Below are positions 17,863 to 28,400 of a stretch of DNA of 45,080 nucleotides, piece by piece. How positions within the stretch are numbered: position 1 is the first letter of the stretch; each line of letters begins with the position of its first letter. The translations under genes were made by a program, and so were the position numbers. Location of the stretch: positions 1-45,080 of the IMG/VR virus record IMGVR_UViG_3300045988_006100; one strand, given 5' to 3'. The stretch is from a virus. Taxonomy: Duplodnaviria; Heunggongvirae; Uroviricota; Caudoviricetes. The notes under the pieces were generated by a model, which worked only from the letters and a program-made list of their open reading frames with translations, was not told the DNA's origin and did not search any database.

Positions 17863-17996
17863 ACATCATAGCCCCAATTCCGGCATTGCAAAAACGTATC
17901 AAGGAACTCGAAGAAGAGGTTCTGCGGCTACGTCAGCAAAGAGACGCCGCTAATGCGCAACTGGCGTTTGTACTGGAGAAGTTATCAGAAGAGTAG
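17859..17996 (+). CDS. hypothetical small coiled-coil protein (45 aa)
   Basis: ATG overlapping upstream stop; below ORF-track length cutoff; followed by strong terminator. Confidence 0.3.
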   Translation: MNIIAPIPALQKRIKELEEEVLRLRQQRDAANAQLAFVLEKLSEE

Positions 17997-17999
17997 AGA

Positions 18000-18025
18000 A
18001 AAGGCCCCGTTTGGGGCCTTAGTTT
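18000..18025. terminator. bidirectional rho-independent terminator
   Basis: GGCCCC-GTTT-GGGGCC hairpin flanked by A-rich and T-rich tracts; separates convergent early and tail blocks. Confidence 0.75.
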
Positions 18026-20010
18026 TAAGCCAACGACATTCGGGAGTTAGCGAAAGCTAAAGCCTGAGCCTGCGTCGTAAACTCAGCGATGAAGAAGTCA
18101 CTAAATCTGATAACAGCACCTGAACCTCCCCCAGTAGAGACGTACAGACCTACAGTACCGTTAGCGGAAGCTTTACCCACCCCAAATGTGCTAATCCACT
18201 CACCAGACTTAGTATAAACGCTACCCATAGTAATACCTGACGTTATACTCACATCTGCTGTTCCTGATTGGAGGCGAGAGTTGACGCCCCACACGTACCA
18301 TCTACCGGATGTAAGTGTCGTTCTTGACGCTACCATTTCATATAAACCGGACCCAGGGAATGAAAATTCGGTACATGTAGCGGCGTGAAGTCCGTCAGAT
18401 ACAGTCGAACCGTTAACGGTACCGCTACCAGAAAAATTATGGCTACCTGAGTCAAATGTGATAGCTTTTAACTTATTCCCCGTCGGCGTATTAAACACTC
18501 GTCCCCTTGTTAAATTTCCTCGTAGAGACAAGTTTGTAGTGGCTACCGTTGCGGATTGCGACGCGACAGACTCTACAATAACGTCCTTTCCAGAACTGCC
18601 GTTTAAATACACATCGTGGGCTACAATGGTGCTTTGTGCATCCACTACAATATCCTGATTACCATCAGCGTTGTCAAAACGGCAACCATAAGTTACTAAG
18701 TTGGAGTTGGATAGCTCGATGTTGTTGAGATAAGAATACTCAGCAAAGAATATCGCGGTGTCTACCAACTTGAGAACTCGCGGTTTTTGCGCCACGCCAT
18801 CTACCTGAACAGCCGATGATGTTGCAATAGCTTCCATCCATACATTGGATACCCCGCATGGAGATGTAGGACAGTCACCCGATTTGCTTTTTAAGTATAT
18901 CCCGCCGCCTCCGGAAGCCTCAATAATGGAGTCTTTAAGCCACCATCCGCCTATCCCACCGTTATCGACAGTACCGTTTAGGTAGACGGCATAGGTGGAG
19001 ATGCCGTCGAAGTGGATATTGTAGAGGGTATCGGCCCCGCAATGCATCTCTGAGCCACTAATCGCGTAATACCCCCAATCACACGTAGATACCCCAATAT
19101 TTCTCCATGTATTACCGATGTTCCCGGAAGGCTTCTGAATTGCCTTGTTGATGTTGTGTATGTATAAATCACTAAAATTATGACGTCCGGAATATTGGTC
19201 TGACGGGTCAAAACTAATACCTACGGCCCCGGTTGTACCAGAACCATCTATAGCAAAACCGCCACTATGGCGGAATTGCCAATGAGGCGTCGATAAATTA
19301 ACCTGAACAGTGTTTGTAAAGTCTGCTGGTGTTTTTAGTACTACAGCCCCACCAACGCCTTTTAACTGTGCGCTACCAATAGTAACTTTTTCAGTATATT
19401 CACCAGGGGAAATAAGTAAGTCATTTTTCGGTAACGATGCATCTACTGCAGCTTGCAGGGTAGAGAAGTCTCCTGAATGCTTAATATCATTGTTACGTGC
19501 AAGCAAACTCCTTTCGCCGCTGCCTATGTTCTTGGCACCGTCCGCGTCAGATAATGTTTCAACGGTGTTACCGTTGGAAAAAGACACCAGTGAAGCCCCC
19601 AAACCGGCGGTACTTGACGCCAAATCATTACGCAAATTTGGGTCTGTCTGCGGCTTCCAGTTAGCGTTACCGACTGGATTAAACGATGCAGGGACAACAA
19701 CTGGTAACGTACCTGCGTACGAGTACCATGTTTTGCTAACAGGGTCATACACCACCTTGTCCCGGTCGTTAACGGTTAACGTGCCGCCTGTGGAGAAATC
19801 CCATGACACCGGAGAAAAACCCGCGTCGCGCAACACGGCAGGAAGCGTCTTCTGCGTCTGCCCGGTAACCTGATTTGTCGCGTAATCAATATCAGCGCCA
19901 CCAGCGACACCACCTTGTTTCCCGGTAATTACCTCAGCTTCGAAAATCTGGTGTTTCTTAGCGGTTTGTAAATCCGCCAGGCTTAAAACGTCACCACATC
20001 CGCTTGACAT
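18025..20010 (-). CDS. tail fiber/tailspike protein with beta-helix-like body
   Basis: 661 aa, Gly/Ser/Thr/Asn-rich repetitive body; last gene of tail block next to J-like protein. Confidence 0.65.
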   Translation of the reverse strand: MSSGCGDVLSLADLQTAKKHQIFEAEVITGKQGGVAGGADIDYATNQVTGQTQKTLPAVLRDAGFSPVSWDFSTGGTLTVNDRDKVVYDPVSKTWYSYAGTLPVVVPASFNPVGNANWKPQTDPNLRNDLASSTAGLGASLVSFSNGNTVETLSDADGAKNIGSGERSLLARNNDIKHSGDFSTLQAAVDASLPKNDLLISPGEYTEKVTIGSAQLKGVGGAVVLKTPADFTNTVQVNLSTPHWQFRHSGGFAIDGSGTTGAVGISFDPSDQYSGRHNFSDLYIHNINKAIQKPSGNIGNTWRNIGVSTCDWGYYAISGSEMHCGADTLYNIHFDGISTYAVYLNGTVDNGGIGGWWLKDSIIEASGGGGIYLKSKSGDCPTSPCGVSNVWMEAIATSSAVQVDGVAQKPRVLKLVDTAIFFAEYSYLNNIELSNSNLVTYGCRFDNADGNQDIVVDAQSTIVAHDVYLNGSSGKDVIVESVASQSATVATTNLSLRGNLTRGRVFNTPTGNKLKAITFDSGSHNFSGSGTVNGSTVSDGLHAATCTEFSFPGSGLYEMVASRTTLTSGRWYVWGVNSRLQSGTADVSITSGITMGSVYTKSGEWISTFGVGKASANGTVGLYVSTGGGSGAVIRFSDFFIAEFTTQAQALAFANSRMSLA

Positions 20011-20022
20011 ATAGAGTCCTCT

Positions 20023-22590
20023 TTAACTAAAACCATTGCTGAATCCGTCGGAGAAACCGCTGCCGTATGGCGCGACACCGTCATATTTATAGAATCCGTC
20101 GTCATAGTTGTAGCCCGTAATCTTGACCGTGCGGTCGTCGCCAGGGTCGATTGAAGAAACAACTATCTTCTGAGCATTATGCCTTGCTTCGTTGCCGAAT
20201 GAAAACTCAGTTTTTAGTGCGCTATTCCCCGTGTAGATTGCCTCCTCCGGCGCGGAGAGCATAATCACCTCGCGGTCGTGGCTTCCTTTGATAACAGAAA
20301 TACTCTGCACGGAGCCATCGCGCTTCTTGAGGATGATGGAGTGGTCATCGCCGGGGGTAAACGTAACAGGTTGCGACAGTGTCAGCGTAAGCCCATTAAC
20401 GGCAACAACATAACCATCCTGAGGCGCGATACGTGAACCTTTAACCACGCTGATTACACCACCCGGTGTAGTGAGTGCACCCTCTTCGGTAGCTTCGAAC
20501 TCTACGACAACTTTACTTAACGCGTTGCGCTGGTAGCGACGCCACGCCAGCCAATATGCCTGCTGATAGTTACGTACGCCCTTCGATTCATATTCCTCGG
20601 TGTTTGCTCCGAGTTCTTCCGGGATATAAATCGTTTCCCGTACGTTAGTATCCGGGTCGATGTATGAGAACGACAGGCTATCATAGGTTGTCGAATCGTT
20701 GAACGTGCGCGTCCATTTCTCTGTACCAGTAGTTTTGCTGCGGTGGGTGAACACCATTTCGGGCCCCGCAACCGGACGATCAAATCGCAGCATAATATCC
20801 GCACCTTTACGGTACGCAGTACAGAAAACGGCTTCCGCGATGGTCTGAACGATGTCCTGCATCGTGGTGTCGTAGTCGTCGAACGTGTAGCAGAACTGCC
20901 CCGCTAATTCACTTCCAAAATAGGATTCAATTTCTTCCTGCACAGCGAGTAACTTGTCCATGTTTGCCGTTGTCAGTTCCAGATTACCTACCGCCGGGTC
21001 GCGAGCAAGTCTGATTAGTGATTGCACTGCCTGCGTATTTGGGGACATTACCGTATCGAATATGCCGTTACCTAAGTATTTGTAACACATCTCGGTTGCT
21101 ATCATGCGTAGTTCCGGTTCTGACACCTCCGCGGCACGTGGCGTTTGTTTACGAGCGCAGTGTACGGTAGTGCGGTTGCCGTAGTGCGGTGTTGTGTCCA
21201 GTGACTGCCCGTACAGATTAGTGAAAGTAACCTCATCACTAACAGTACCTTCAAAATCTTTATCGGTGTCGGAAACACGACGCATACGGGCGCGGAATCT
21301 GGAAGCAGTTGGTAAACTTCCGTAAAGAGTAATCCCTGTGTAATCCGTGTTCCGGCCTGTTACGGTTCCTCGTACGGTAAATATGTCACCTACAGGCTGT
21401 TTCAATTCATCTACCATCTGGTATTGCAGTTCGACTGTCACTGAAGCGCGGTTATAGTCGCCGTTGTATTTGTACATGCCGTTGCTGGCAGCCACATTGG
21501 CTACAACACGGTCGACGGTTCCGCGGGTGATGTACGCCCATTCAGAGAGGGAAGCCGCGTAAGTATCCGCCGGGCCTATAAGATGGTTGCCCTCTTCACC
21601 TATAAACCACACAGACGTCCCTAGCTGGTTCCATACTGATTGATTAGGGCTGATATCTACCGTTAGCGTGGTTTCACTAACCGAAAGGACAGTGTACCCC
21701 CCGTCCAGGTTAACCTCATTACCTAAAGACCCTGGGGTTGTGTCTGCATATACGTTATCGAAATATGCCATGTCTCCGACCGCCAAAAACTCATCGAAAC
21801 CAGCGTCATCGCCTACTACAACGCCGGTTGTTCCCTGCCGTTGGACGGTGTAGCCCTGCACGTCTATAGCAATGTCATTAGGTGCGGGAAGAACAGCGCC
21901 ATCGACATCGGCATTCTTAAATGTAACGTACAACTTCTGGTCTATCGGGTCGCCAATATGCAATTGTGGGGCGTTGGTGTTATTCGGCGAAGTGTAAGGG
22001 GAATACACCGTCACCGACGAGCCAGTTATCTCGCTGATTCGGGTATCCGCCTCCGTTACACCGTCTTCCTCAATATGTAGATACCCACGACCGGCGTCGT
22101 AGTACGCGTATTCAATAAGCGCCCCCGCGGCATTAAACACCTTATATGTCTGCATCAGGTCATTGGGGATGGTCTGCACTGTCCCGCAGATATCATAGGA
22201 ACGCTCATAAGGTCGTGGCTTGTTTGAGCGGTCGGCGAGACTGTTGTTAGGCGACGTAGCCTGATTGTTGGTAGCGGAATAATTAGCGTTAGCCGCTGTG
22301 TTTAGCCCGAACAATTTGGCAATTGGCTTAAGGATGAAACTGAATACACTACCGATAGCGTCGCCGATGCCGCCGCCAGCACCCTCTATAATATGATACA
22401 CGGCGTCTTCGTCTTTAAGCGCTTCGAAGTCGTCTGTAACATCAGTATCATCACCAATCTCGCCAAGATAGACGCGTACCGGAACGCCGTCCGGGATACG
22501 GTTAACTACAAACTCCATCGGCATCCCGACGTGTTTTGTACGGTTGAAAGCGCCATCAGCGTTTCGCGTGTAGTGCAGGATTATCGCCAA
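20023..22590 (-). CDS. tail tip / host specificity protein (lambda J-like)
   Basis: 855 aa; position downstream of K/L-like genes in lambda-type order. Confidence 0.65.
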   Translation of the reverse strand: MAIILHYTRNADGAFNRTKHVGMPMEFVVNRIPDGVPVRVYLGEIGDDTDVTDDFEALKDEDAVYHIIEGAGGGIGDAIGSVFSFILKPIAKLFGLNTAANANYSATNNQATSPNNSLADRSNKPRPYERSYDICGTVQTIPNDLMQTYKVFNAAGALIEYAYYDAGRGYLHIEEDGVTEADTRISEITGSSVTVYSPYTSPNNTNAPQLHIGDPIDQKLYVTFKNADVDGAVLPAPNDIAIDVQGYTVQRQGTTGVVVGDDAGFDEFLAVGDMAYFDNVYADTTPGSLGNEVNLDGGYTVLSVSETTLTVDISPNQSVWNQLGTSVWFIGEEGNHLIGPADTYAASLSEWAYITRGTVDRVVANVAASNGMYKYNGDYNRASVTVELQYQMVDELKQPVGDIFTVRGTVTGRNTDYTGITLYGSLPTASRFRARMRRVSDTDKDFEGTVSDEVTFTNLYGQSLDTTPHYGNRTTVHCARKQTPRAAEVSEPELRMIATEMCYKYLGNGIFDTVMSPNTQAVQSLIRLARDPAVGNLELTTANMDKLLAVQEEIESYFGSELAGQFCYTFDDYDTTMQDIVQTIAEAVFCTAYRKGADIMLRFDRPVAGPEMVFTHRSKTTGTEKWTRTFNDSTTYDSLSFSYIDPDTNVRETIYIPEELGANTEEYESKGVRNYQQAYWLAWRRYQRNALSKVVVEFEATEEGALTTPGGVISVVKGSRIAPQDGYVVAVNGLTLTLSQPVTFTPGDDHSIILKKRDGSVQSISVIKGSHDREVIMLSAPEEAIYTGNSALKTEFSFGNEARHNAQKIVVSSIDPGDDRTVKITGYNYDDGFYKYDGVAPYGSGFSDGFSNGFS

Positions 22591-22946
22591 AATTCAATCT
22601 CCGTGTACGTGTCTCTGAGATCCGCCAGCCTGTCAAGCCGTACCTGACGGGAAGCAAGCTCGCAATGGCTCACCATCCCGTCGAAGTAAACTCCTGCGTG
22701 CCACACGATACGACCGCCGCGGCGATACCCCATAAGCACCGCACAGAAGTTTTCAGGCTTATCAATTTTTGTAAGTCCCTTCGTGTTGCGATGTCCTTCG
22801 TCGAACGCTTCGTTAATCGCCGTTGGGCTTGCAACGTCGAACGCTGGGGTTTCTAACCCGGCATCCGCGCGGACAATGCGCACGTGATGCCAGCAATTAC
22901 GTTTGCGAAAGTCGTAAGGTATTCCCGTGTAGTCGTTAATATTCAT
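22581..22946 (-). CDS. tail assembly protein, NlpC/P60-like (lambda K-like)
   Basis: 121 aa; Cys/His pattern NCWHHV...H; ATGA overlap; lambda-like position. Confidence 0.6.
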   Translation of the reverse strand: MNINDYTGIPYDFRKRNCWHHVRIVRADAGLETPAFDVASPTAINEAFDEGHRNTKGLTKIDKPENFCAVLMGYRRGGRIVWHAGVYFDGMVSHCELASRQVRLDRLADLRDTYTEIEFWR

Positions 22947-23458
22947 GTAGTCAACAGGCCGCGTAATAACGGTATCTCTTTAGGTGTCATCAGTATACCA
23001 GTGCTTCGTTGGTTCAGCATAGGTGTACCGACATCCGCAGAGAACTCGCCCTTCTCCTGGTTGATGGCCTGTAACTCGTACACGACAGGGCCATCCGCCG
23101 GGTAAGACAGGTCGGTGCTGACGTAACGGCGGAAGACGAACTTCGGCAACTCGGTATTGCTCATCGGGATTTTATCCATCTCATCGTCAAGTTGATTGAG
23201 AATATCCGGTAAAGTAAATGTCGTCGTCTGGTCCATATCACTGTTGTTAGCCGCACCCGACGCTTCCATAGGAGTAGGTTCGAACGTGATTGTTTCTCCC
23301 GTCTCCAGCGTTGCCGTAAGTTCCTGTAGCCCGCGCACAAGATAGTACGTCTTTGACAGCAACTGGTGGCTGATTTGCAACGTGATGTAGTCCATCTCGC
23401 CGTCCGGGTTAGACGCCAGCTTACGGCGATAGGCTGCTTCTACTGATTCCTGACTCAT
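22943..23458 (-). CDS. minor tail protein (lambda L-like)
   Basis: 171 aa; position between M-like and K-like genes. Confidence 0.5.
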   Translation of the reverse strand: MSQESVEAAYRRKLASNPDGEMDYITLQISHQLLSKTYYLVRGLQELTATLETGETITFEPTPMEASGAANNSDMDQTTTFTLPDILNQLDDEMDKIPMSNTELPKFVFRRYVSTDLSYPADGPVVYELQAINQEKGEFSADVGTPMLNQRSTGILMTPKEIPLLRGLLTT

Positions 23459-23460
23459 AA

Positions 23461-24879
23461 TTAACCGCCCACATTAAAATCAATACGAGTTATGTATTTA
23501 CTACCCCACGCCGAATCCGCTTGTGGTATGGCGGCGTAACCGTCAACAGACGGAACGTTTACCACAGTGCCGTCGGAATAGGTAATGTCGATGCTTGTTG
23601 CGCCGTTCATTGCTACTTTTGCCGATGCTGATGGGCGTGTAGCTGGCGATGCATCAGTTACTATCGGCGACGTGGCAAATGGTTTTTTTTCAACCTGAGC
23701 GGAAGCAACTGAAAAAGAAGATGCTCCATCCGATGCGTAAGACGGGAGTCTGGTAGACGTCATAGACGGTATGCTTGCCACCGCGAGGGAGGATAGTGCA
23801 GAACCGTCTCCTGTCGCGGTTGTGGTAGTTGAGCATAGAACCCACCCATCAGATATTTCAGTTACGAAAGCCGATGTCGCCGTGCCTGATATAGCTTTAT
23901 TAATAAGGTCGAAGTTAGAGTAGCGCGATGAAATCCCTGTGCTACCTGCGTTCCAATAAACCTGAATAAACTGGACACCATTCGCCTTAAGAATTACCGT
24001 AGCAGTATATGTTTCCCCAACATCTATTACTGAATCCCCCAGCGATTCGGCAAACAAGAAATGGCTGTTATTTTCTGCTGTTGGGGTGACTGTGCCCGCC
24101 AGGTTGCCTTGATATACACTGTCCTCTGTTGATGTTAGTGATATACGGTTGAAAGTACGTACCCACCCAATACCTAACCCGCCTATCTGGTAGTTAATAG
24201 AACCGCCTTCTGGCGGCACACGCCCAACGGCAACACCATCAATAAATGTTAGAGGCCATTCATTAGTGGCTGATTGCACAAGATTGCCGTTGCGGTTGAT
24301 GTAGTAAACCTGCGGCCCATCGTAAACAATGCGGCCATCTAGAGTCGACGCCAGAAGGTTAATCGGCGGGTATCCTGCAGGCCCCTCATTGCTCCAGATG
24401 CGCGGGAACGTTGTCGCATAGTTAGCATATATTTTCAGGAAACTACCAAGGCAGTCTCCATAGCAGCCGTACAAATCCGGCAGATTATTGACAAGGCACT
24501 GGTTCTCGAGGTCCTGGAACGGCGATTTCTCAGCGGTTGCCGTGAAAGTAATTGTCCAGTTAATCCCGTCTTCGGTGGACTCGGCGATGGTGGACGTGAT
24601 GGTTACCTGATAATCCTCGATACCCATACCGAAGTCGTGGGCCATCCAGAAACTGGACGCGCCGCCGTCTACTTTCTCAAGGAACGACAGGAACGCCTGT
24701 CGCCCCATTGCCGAGGTGATAAGCGTAACACTGACAGGGAACACGTCATAATAGGTGTCGCGCCCCTGACGAACGCCACCACCGGCTAAATCCACACTCC
24801 AGACGTTGTTACGTCTGGTCATAGAGTAGCCTTTTGACACAATAGGCTTAAGGCTACGTGGAAAATATAAGTCGCTCAT
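23461..24879 (-). CDS. minor tail protein (lambda M-like N-terminus with C-terminal extension)
   Basis: 472 aa; immediately downstream of tape measure gene. Confidence 0.5.
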   Translation of the reverse strand: MSDLYFPRSLKPIVSKGYSMTRRNNVWSVDLAGGGVRQGRDTYYDVFPVSVTLITSAMGRQAFLSFLEKVDGGASSFWMAHDFGMGIEDYQVTITSTIAESTEDGINWTITFTATAEKSPFQDLENQCLVNNLPDLYGCYGDCLGSFLKIYANYATTFPRIWSNEGPAGYPPINLLASTLDGRIVYDGPQVYYINRNGNLVQSATNEWPLTFIDGVAVGRVPPEGGSINYQIGGLGIGWVRTFNRISLTSTEDSVYQGNLAGTVTPTAENNSHFLFAESLGDSVIDVGETYTATVILKANGVQFIQVYWNAGSTGISSRYSNFDLINKAISGTATSAFVTEISDGWVLCSTTTTATGDGSALSSLAVASIPSMTSTRLPSYASDGASSFSVASAQVEKKPFATSPIVTDASPATRPSASAKVAMNGATSIDITYSDGTVVNVPSVDGYAAIPQADSAWGSKYITRIDFNVGG

Positions 24880-27218
24880 TATTTGAACCCCGGCGCATTT
24901 CTTGTGGCCTTGCGGGCCTTGCTAATCTTACTGTTACTGTTCTGCAAAGAGGCAGCCACTTGCTCCTCGATGATGATACGCAAACGGCCTTCATCATCTT
25001 GCTCAGTGGATACGTTGCCTATTTGAGAACTCGTGTTATTTACGATAGTAACATTAGATGGGCCGGAAGAAGACCCGTTTTGACCCATAATTTCTTTCAT
25101 CTGCTGCGCGGTGCGCACACGTGATGCACCAGCCGGCATGATAACTTCTGGTTTACCGCGCTCGGCGATGGTGGAAGCCTGTCCCGCAGATAACTGACCG
25201 CCCTGTTCACGCGCGGACCTGATAGCGGAAACCTGAGCCATACCTGCACCAACGGCAGCGGCAGCGGCTACAGGGGCCAGGAACGGACCAACTACAGGGA
25301 TAGCCGCCGTGGACTTGTAAGCCTCGATAGCTGCGGTGTACGTGGCTATGGTGGCCTGTACGATAGCGAATGCCTTATACGCACCAGAAGCCTCGCCCAA
25401 CGCAGACCCGATGTTTGACGCCATGTTACCGAAGGCGGTTGCCGTTGCGTCGGCTCGCTTGGTTGCGTACTGCTCGTTGATGGCGTTAAGCGCGGCCTGA
25501 TACTGCTTCTCGCTAATAAGACCCTGTTCACGGTACTTATCGGCTACTGCCAGTTTCTGCTGTTCCTGAATATCCAGAAGCTCAAGCTCGGTGGCGTTCT
25601 GACCCATAATCTGAGCCATGAAATCCTCGCCTTTCTGCTGATTCTCCTGGGCCTCCTTCCTTTTCTTATCCAGTTCTTCCTGGCGGGCCTGTTCCGCGGA
25701 TAACATAATCTGCGTCTTGGCGTTTTCGTACTGTTGGTCGCTAAGAAGCTTATTGCTATAGAAGTCCTGCAACTTAGACAGTTGCTCTTCCTGGTTAGCT
25801 TCTATTTTCTGAAATACGTCATCATTAAGATGGATTGACTGATAGTAGAAGTCTTCCGCCGCTTTTTTCTGGCGCTCGAACGCGTCCGCCGCTTTCTTAG
25901 CGGCTTTTGCGGCTGACCCGTCATCGTCAGAACCGCCGCCAGTTCCGGTTACCTTAAATTTGTTTAACCCCTCAGCTTTTGCGGACTCCTTATCGATGTC
26001 ATACGCCGCGCGTTTTAACGCTACAATATCCTGTTGAGCTTCTACCTGTTCGCGGAAACTTTTACGCGTAACGTCGGTGACATCGCGCTGGGTATCCAAA
26101 GCCAGGCCAAGCTGGAAGTTGATATTTTTAGCTACGTCTACTGATTCCCCGGGGGTAAAAGCGGCTCGTACAAGACGGCCCGCGTCCTGCGCGCCTTTAA
26201 CCATATCTTCAAAGAATCTCTCCATCGCGGTGAACTCTTCCGCGATGAAGTCAAGCGCATCGGCGGCGGATTCAGCGATGGTAGTAGCCGTTTGTTCTCC
26301 GCTATCCGTAATACTCTTGCTGCTGAAATCCCACAGTTCATTAAGCCCGTTGATGGCATCGCCAACAAAGCCAAACGCAGCGTCGAATGACATCTCGATA
26401 GCGCTTCCTACTTCCGACGCGATGTTCCCCCACATCTGCATTTCAGCGGCTAATTCACCGGAAGCAACAGACGCGTTTAATTCCTGAATCAAGTCATCGA
26501 TATACCTGATAGGTTCAGCAAGTGCGCCAACATCAAGACTGGTGGCAAGCGTCATTTTTAGCTGCGACCATGAGTCACTGGCGCTCGCGATAGCGCCATT
26601 AAGGGTGTTGGCCTGGTCCGCCATGGCACCGGCAAAATTTACGTTACCAATATTAAGTAAATACTGCTCAATATCGGCAGCGCTTTTCTTAACTACGGTT
26701 GTTGTCCCCTGGAATGTAAACTCTACGTCGTTTTTGTTCTGCTTGGCTTTGATGCCGAATTCTTTTAGGCGTTCGAACTCAAACGTACTGGCGTCGGCTA
26801 CCGCCTCAATCATCTGATTAAGGTCCTTGCCCATAGCCGATGCGGTATTGCCGTAGGACCGCAACGCCTCCTCGGATGGGGTAAGGCCAAGGGCCACCAG
26901 CTTACGGAAGCCTTCCACCGCCTGCTCCAGTCCGTATGGGGTATCGCGGGCAAAATCTTGCAGGATACTTAGCGCCTGTTTAGCACCTTGGGTACTTCCT
27001 GTTAAGGTCTTCAAACTGGCGGACATCTTGTCCAGTTGCCGCTGTGAGTCAACCAGTTCTTGGGCAGCTTTATACGCGGTAGCCGCTACGATAGAAGCAA
27101 GGCCTGCTACGGCGGCCCCCGCTACTTTTGCGGACTTTGAAAGGTTGTCAAGACGGTCTGATGTGGCTTTCGCGCCTTGCTCTGTTACTTTTACTACTAA
27201 ACTAGCTACATCAGCCAT
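24879..27218 (-). CDS. tail tape measure protein
   Basis: 779 aa, alpha-helical Ala/Gln/Glu-rich with Gly-rich segments; follows chaperone pair. Confidence 0.8.
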   Translation of the reverse strand: MADVASLVVKVTEQGAKATSDRLDNLSKSAKVAGAAVAGLASIVAATAYKAAQELVDSQRQLDKMSASLKTLTGSTQGAKQALSILQDFARDTPYGLEQAVEGFRKLVALGLTPSEEALRSYGNTASAMGKDLNQMIEAVADASTFEFERLKEFGIKAKQNKNDVEFTFQGTTTVVKKSAADIEQYLLNIGNVNFAGAMADQANTLNGAIASASDSWSQLKMTLATSLDVGALAEPIRYIDDLIQELNASVASGELAAEMQMWGNIASEVGSAIEMSFDAAFGFVGDAINGLNELWDFSSKSITDSGEQTATTIAESAADALDFIAEEFTAMERFFEDMVKGAQDAGRLVRAAFTPGESVDVAKNINFQLGLALDTQRDVTDVTRKSFREQVEAQQDIVALKRAAYDIDKESAKAEGLNKFKVTGTGGGSDDDGSAAKAAKKAADAFERQKKAAEDFYYQSIHLNDDVFQKIEANQEEQLSKLQDFYSNKLLSDQQYENAKTQIMLSAEQARQEELDKKRKEAQENQQKGEDFMAQIMGQNATELELLDIQEQQKLAVADKYREQGLISEKQYQAALNAINEQYATKRADATATAFGNMASNIGSALGEASGAYKAFAIVQATIATYTAAIEAYKSTAAIPVVGPFLAPVAAAAAVGAGMAQVSAIRSAREQGGQLSAGQASTIAERGKPEVIMPAGASRVRTAQQMKEIMGQNGSSSGPSNVTIVNNTSSQIGNVSTEQDDEGRLRIIIEEQVAASLQNSNSKISKARKATRNAPGFK

Positions 27219-27570
27219 CGTTTCTACCCTCGAAAATAGCGTCTAAGCTCATGATGATGTCGGATTCGAACATCCCTATATTCTGGCCTGAAACGGTGCT
27301 GTACGCCACTAAATCTGACCATCGTAATTGCTCGCGCGGGTACATCTTGATGCCGTCGTCGTCCACTCGGCGGGTGAATTTAATTTCCCTGTACTTCTCA
27401 AATGTGGTTAGTAGTTCAGGGGGGCATTCCGGCCCAGTGGCCTGCGTTGCGTCCGGCGCGTCTTGCATAACCCCCATAGCAATTAGCGCGGCTTTATGCC
27501 CATCGGCGATACTGTCAAATTCCCGCCGTTTGTGGCGGGTTATGAAGTTCCAACGGGCGAACTGGAGCAA
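27211..27570 (-). CDS. tail assembly chaperone, frameshift-extension ORF (T-like)
   Basis: No ATG start (TTG in track); -1 frame relative to upstream chaperone ORF; overlaps tape measure start. Confidence 0.45.
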   Translation of the reverse strand: MLQFARWNFITRHKRREFDSIADGHKAALIAMGVMQDAPDATQATGPECPPELLTTFEKYREIKFTRRVDDDGIKMYPREQLRWSDLVAYSTVSGQNIGMFESDIIMSLDAIFEGRNDG

Positions 27571-27575
27571 CGCGT

Positions 27576-27992
27576 CTACTTTTCCTGTAGCTGGTGCAGT
27601 TGTTCGTTATGAAACACAACAACAAGTTCCGCGAGTCGTTTATATTGCGTCAGGAGTGTGTTCAGATTCTCTTTATTGAATTCGTCGTCAAGGCTCCACC
27701 CGTTAACCAATTCAACCGCTAACTGACGGTTAAGGTCCGTCGCCGCGTCTTCCATCTTCAGGTTGTATTCAGAGAAATCTTTCATCTCTTCGCACTTATC
27801 ACGAAGCGGTTTTAATTTCCCTAACACTGCCCGGTATGCGAGGGTGAACGCGCGCATAGCCTTAACGGCAACGTCTGCCTCAGGAGAAACAACATTAAGC
27901 CATTCCCCGGAATCGGTACCGTCTTTTAATGGTATCGGCATACGTGCACCCTTTTCAGCTTCAGCTTCGTAATAAAAATCAGAAAGTTTCAT
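27576..27992 (-). CDS. tail assembly chaperone (G-like)
   Basis: 138 aa acidic protein directly upstream of tape measure; ends with GAAAAG-TAG slippery context. Confidence 0.55.
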   Translation of the reverse strand: MKLSDFYYEAEAEKGARMPIPLKDGTDSGEWLNVVSPEADVAVKAMRAFTLAYRAVLGKLKPLRDKCEEMKDFSEYNLKMEDAATDLNRQLAVELVNGWSLDDEFNKENLNTLLTQYKRLAELVVVFHNEQLHQLQEK

Positions 27993-28098
27993 TCTTTAAT
28001 CCTTTGGTTAAGAGGTTACTGGTTAAAGGAAATGCGCCAGACGGGAACCACCCGCTTTTCGTGTGCGACACTAGGCGCAAAATTATTCTAACATACTA

Positions 28099-28139
28099 CT
28101 TGCACACCCTGATATAATAGCGTACTATTCACTTACACC
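28099..28139. promoter_or_regulatory. conserved promoter/operator element (family member B), bidirectional
   Basis: TTGCAC-17 nt-TACTAT on + strand with internal TATAAT; reverse complement carries GTGAATAGT-N4-CTATTAT core; between divergent genes 27992 (-) and 28171 (+). Confidence 0.55.
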
Positions 28140-28170
28140 AACGATGTTATCTCAAATCAGGAGTTATGTT

Positions 28171-28362
28171 ATGACCGGTATCGCTATGTTCTTTTTAATT
28201 ATTGTTGTAGGCGTTTATTTTATCCCGTTTTTTGTGGCCCATATGCGAAACCATAAAGCAAAGCTAGCGATATTCATGGCTAACTTATTTCTCGGGTGGG
28301 TTCTGTTGCCGTGGGTATTCATTTTAATCTGGGCTTGTAACTCGAACGTGAAAGAGAAGTAG
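28171..28362 (+). CDS. superinfection immunity-like two-TM membrane protein
   Basis: 63 aa; YFIPFFVAHMRNHKAKLAIFMANLFLGWVLLPWVFILIWA resembles the Imm_superinfect family pattern; AGGAG SD. Confidence 0.55.
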   Translation: MTGIAMFFLIIVVGVYFIPFFVAHMRNHKAKLAIFMANLFLGWVLLPWVFILIWACNSNVKEK

Positions 28363-28400
28363 GCTACTATAAGACAAATCCTAAACACGAGGAAGTAAGC

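Noticed and set aside
19310-19873. 187-aa + strand ORF inside the tail fiber gene
   Set aside because: Antisense shadow ORF within a long repetitive gene; no start signals.
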